From contig DASCPX010000137.1 of assembly GCA_036012755.1 (NCBI GenBank), forward strand, positions 32,001 through 96,000: 64,000 nt of DNA, in the 5' to 3' direction. The stretch is from Myxococcota bacterium. GTDB lineage: Bacteria > Myxococcota_A > UBA796 > CAJQPC01. Positions 63,831-64,000 of the stretch are shown piece after piece (within the stretch, counting starts at the first letter, position 1; every line of letters starts with the position of its first letter). Under the pieces are notes generated by a model, which did not search any database, was not told the DNA's origin, and saw only the letters and a list, made by a program, of their open reading frames with translations. The translations under genes and the position numbers were made by a program.

Positions 63831-64000
63831 CTCGATGTAGCCGTCGGGGGGCGTCGAGCAGACCACCACGTCGATCTCGGGATCCGCGAAGTTGTCGCTG
63901 TCGCCGTCGCGGTGGTAGGTGGCGCCGATTCCCTCGTCCGTCTCTCCGTCGCAGTCGTCATCCAGCCCGTTGCAGCTCTCTGACGCCGTCGGGGACATGT
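63810..64000 (-). CDS. 3' end of a MopE-repeat protein, apparently truncated; begins outside the window
   Basis: P.A.E.CNGLDDDCDGETDEG...Y.D.D.D.F...C..P.GY. Confidence 0.75.
   Translation of the reverse strand, partial: MSPTASESCNGLDDDCDGETDEGIGATYHRDGDSDNFADPEIDVVVCSTPPDGYIELVVLER

Noticed and set aside
225..63961. Many long overlapping ORFs (e.g. 1030..2808 +, 27903..30641 +, 43715..46114 -, 58591..61638 -)
   Set aside because: Antisense or alternative-frame shadows of real genes in high-GC DNA; R/G/P/A- or V-rich, with no motifs
1..64000. rRNA, tRNA, prophage or cas genes
   Set aside because: No recognisable signatures by eye; a covariance or HMM scan was not possible

Overview
GC-rich bacterial DNA, probably Myxococcota-like (inferred from MopE-repeat and MYXO-CTERM-like proteins, an AgmX/PglI-C protein, a PEGA protein and many lipoproteins). 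About 55 real genes; most long ORFs in the track are GC shadow frames. The best candidate for a new system is at 1-9423. It has two highly divergent ECF-sigma-like genes, each followed by a candidate anti-sigma gene, plus a Lon-type Ser-Lys protease fused to TPR-like helices, an RNase H-like (DUF3800-type)-TPR protein and uncharacterised coupled genes. Four copies of a bipartite promoter-like motif (TCCGGAT-N14-CYCM) link these genes. The layout resembles protease/anti-sigma/sigma cascades known from type III CRISPR loci, but no cas gene, array or SAVED domain is visible in this window. The rest is envelope/lipoprotein and housekeeping content (PhoD, PAP2, dNK, ceramidase, DTW, CotH, ydbST-like, radC, ECF/anti-sigma, gshB-like, Ycf46 ATPase, gpsA, aldolase, HigA-NTase, hybrid kinase, selB). 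It also contains several lesions, leaderless-type starts, ultra-short lipoprotein signals, a catalytically dead RAYT-like gene and a decayed ATPase-HNH pair at the right end. All family calls come from recognising motifs by eye; no searches were run.
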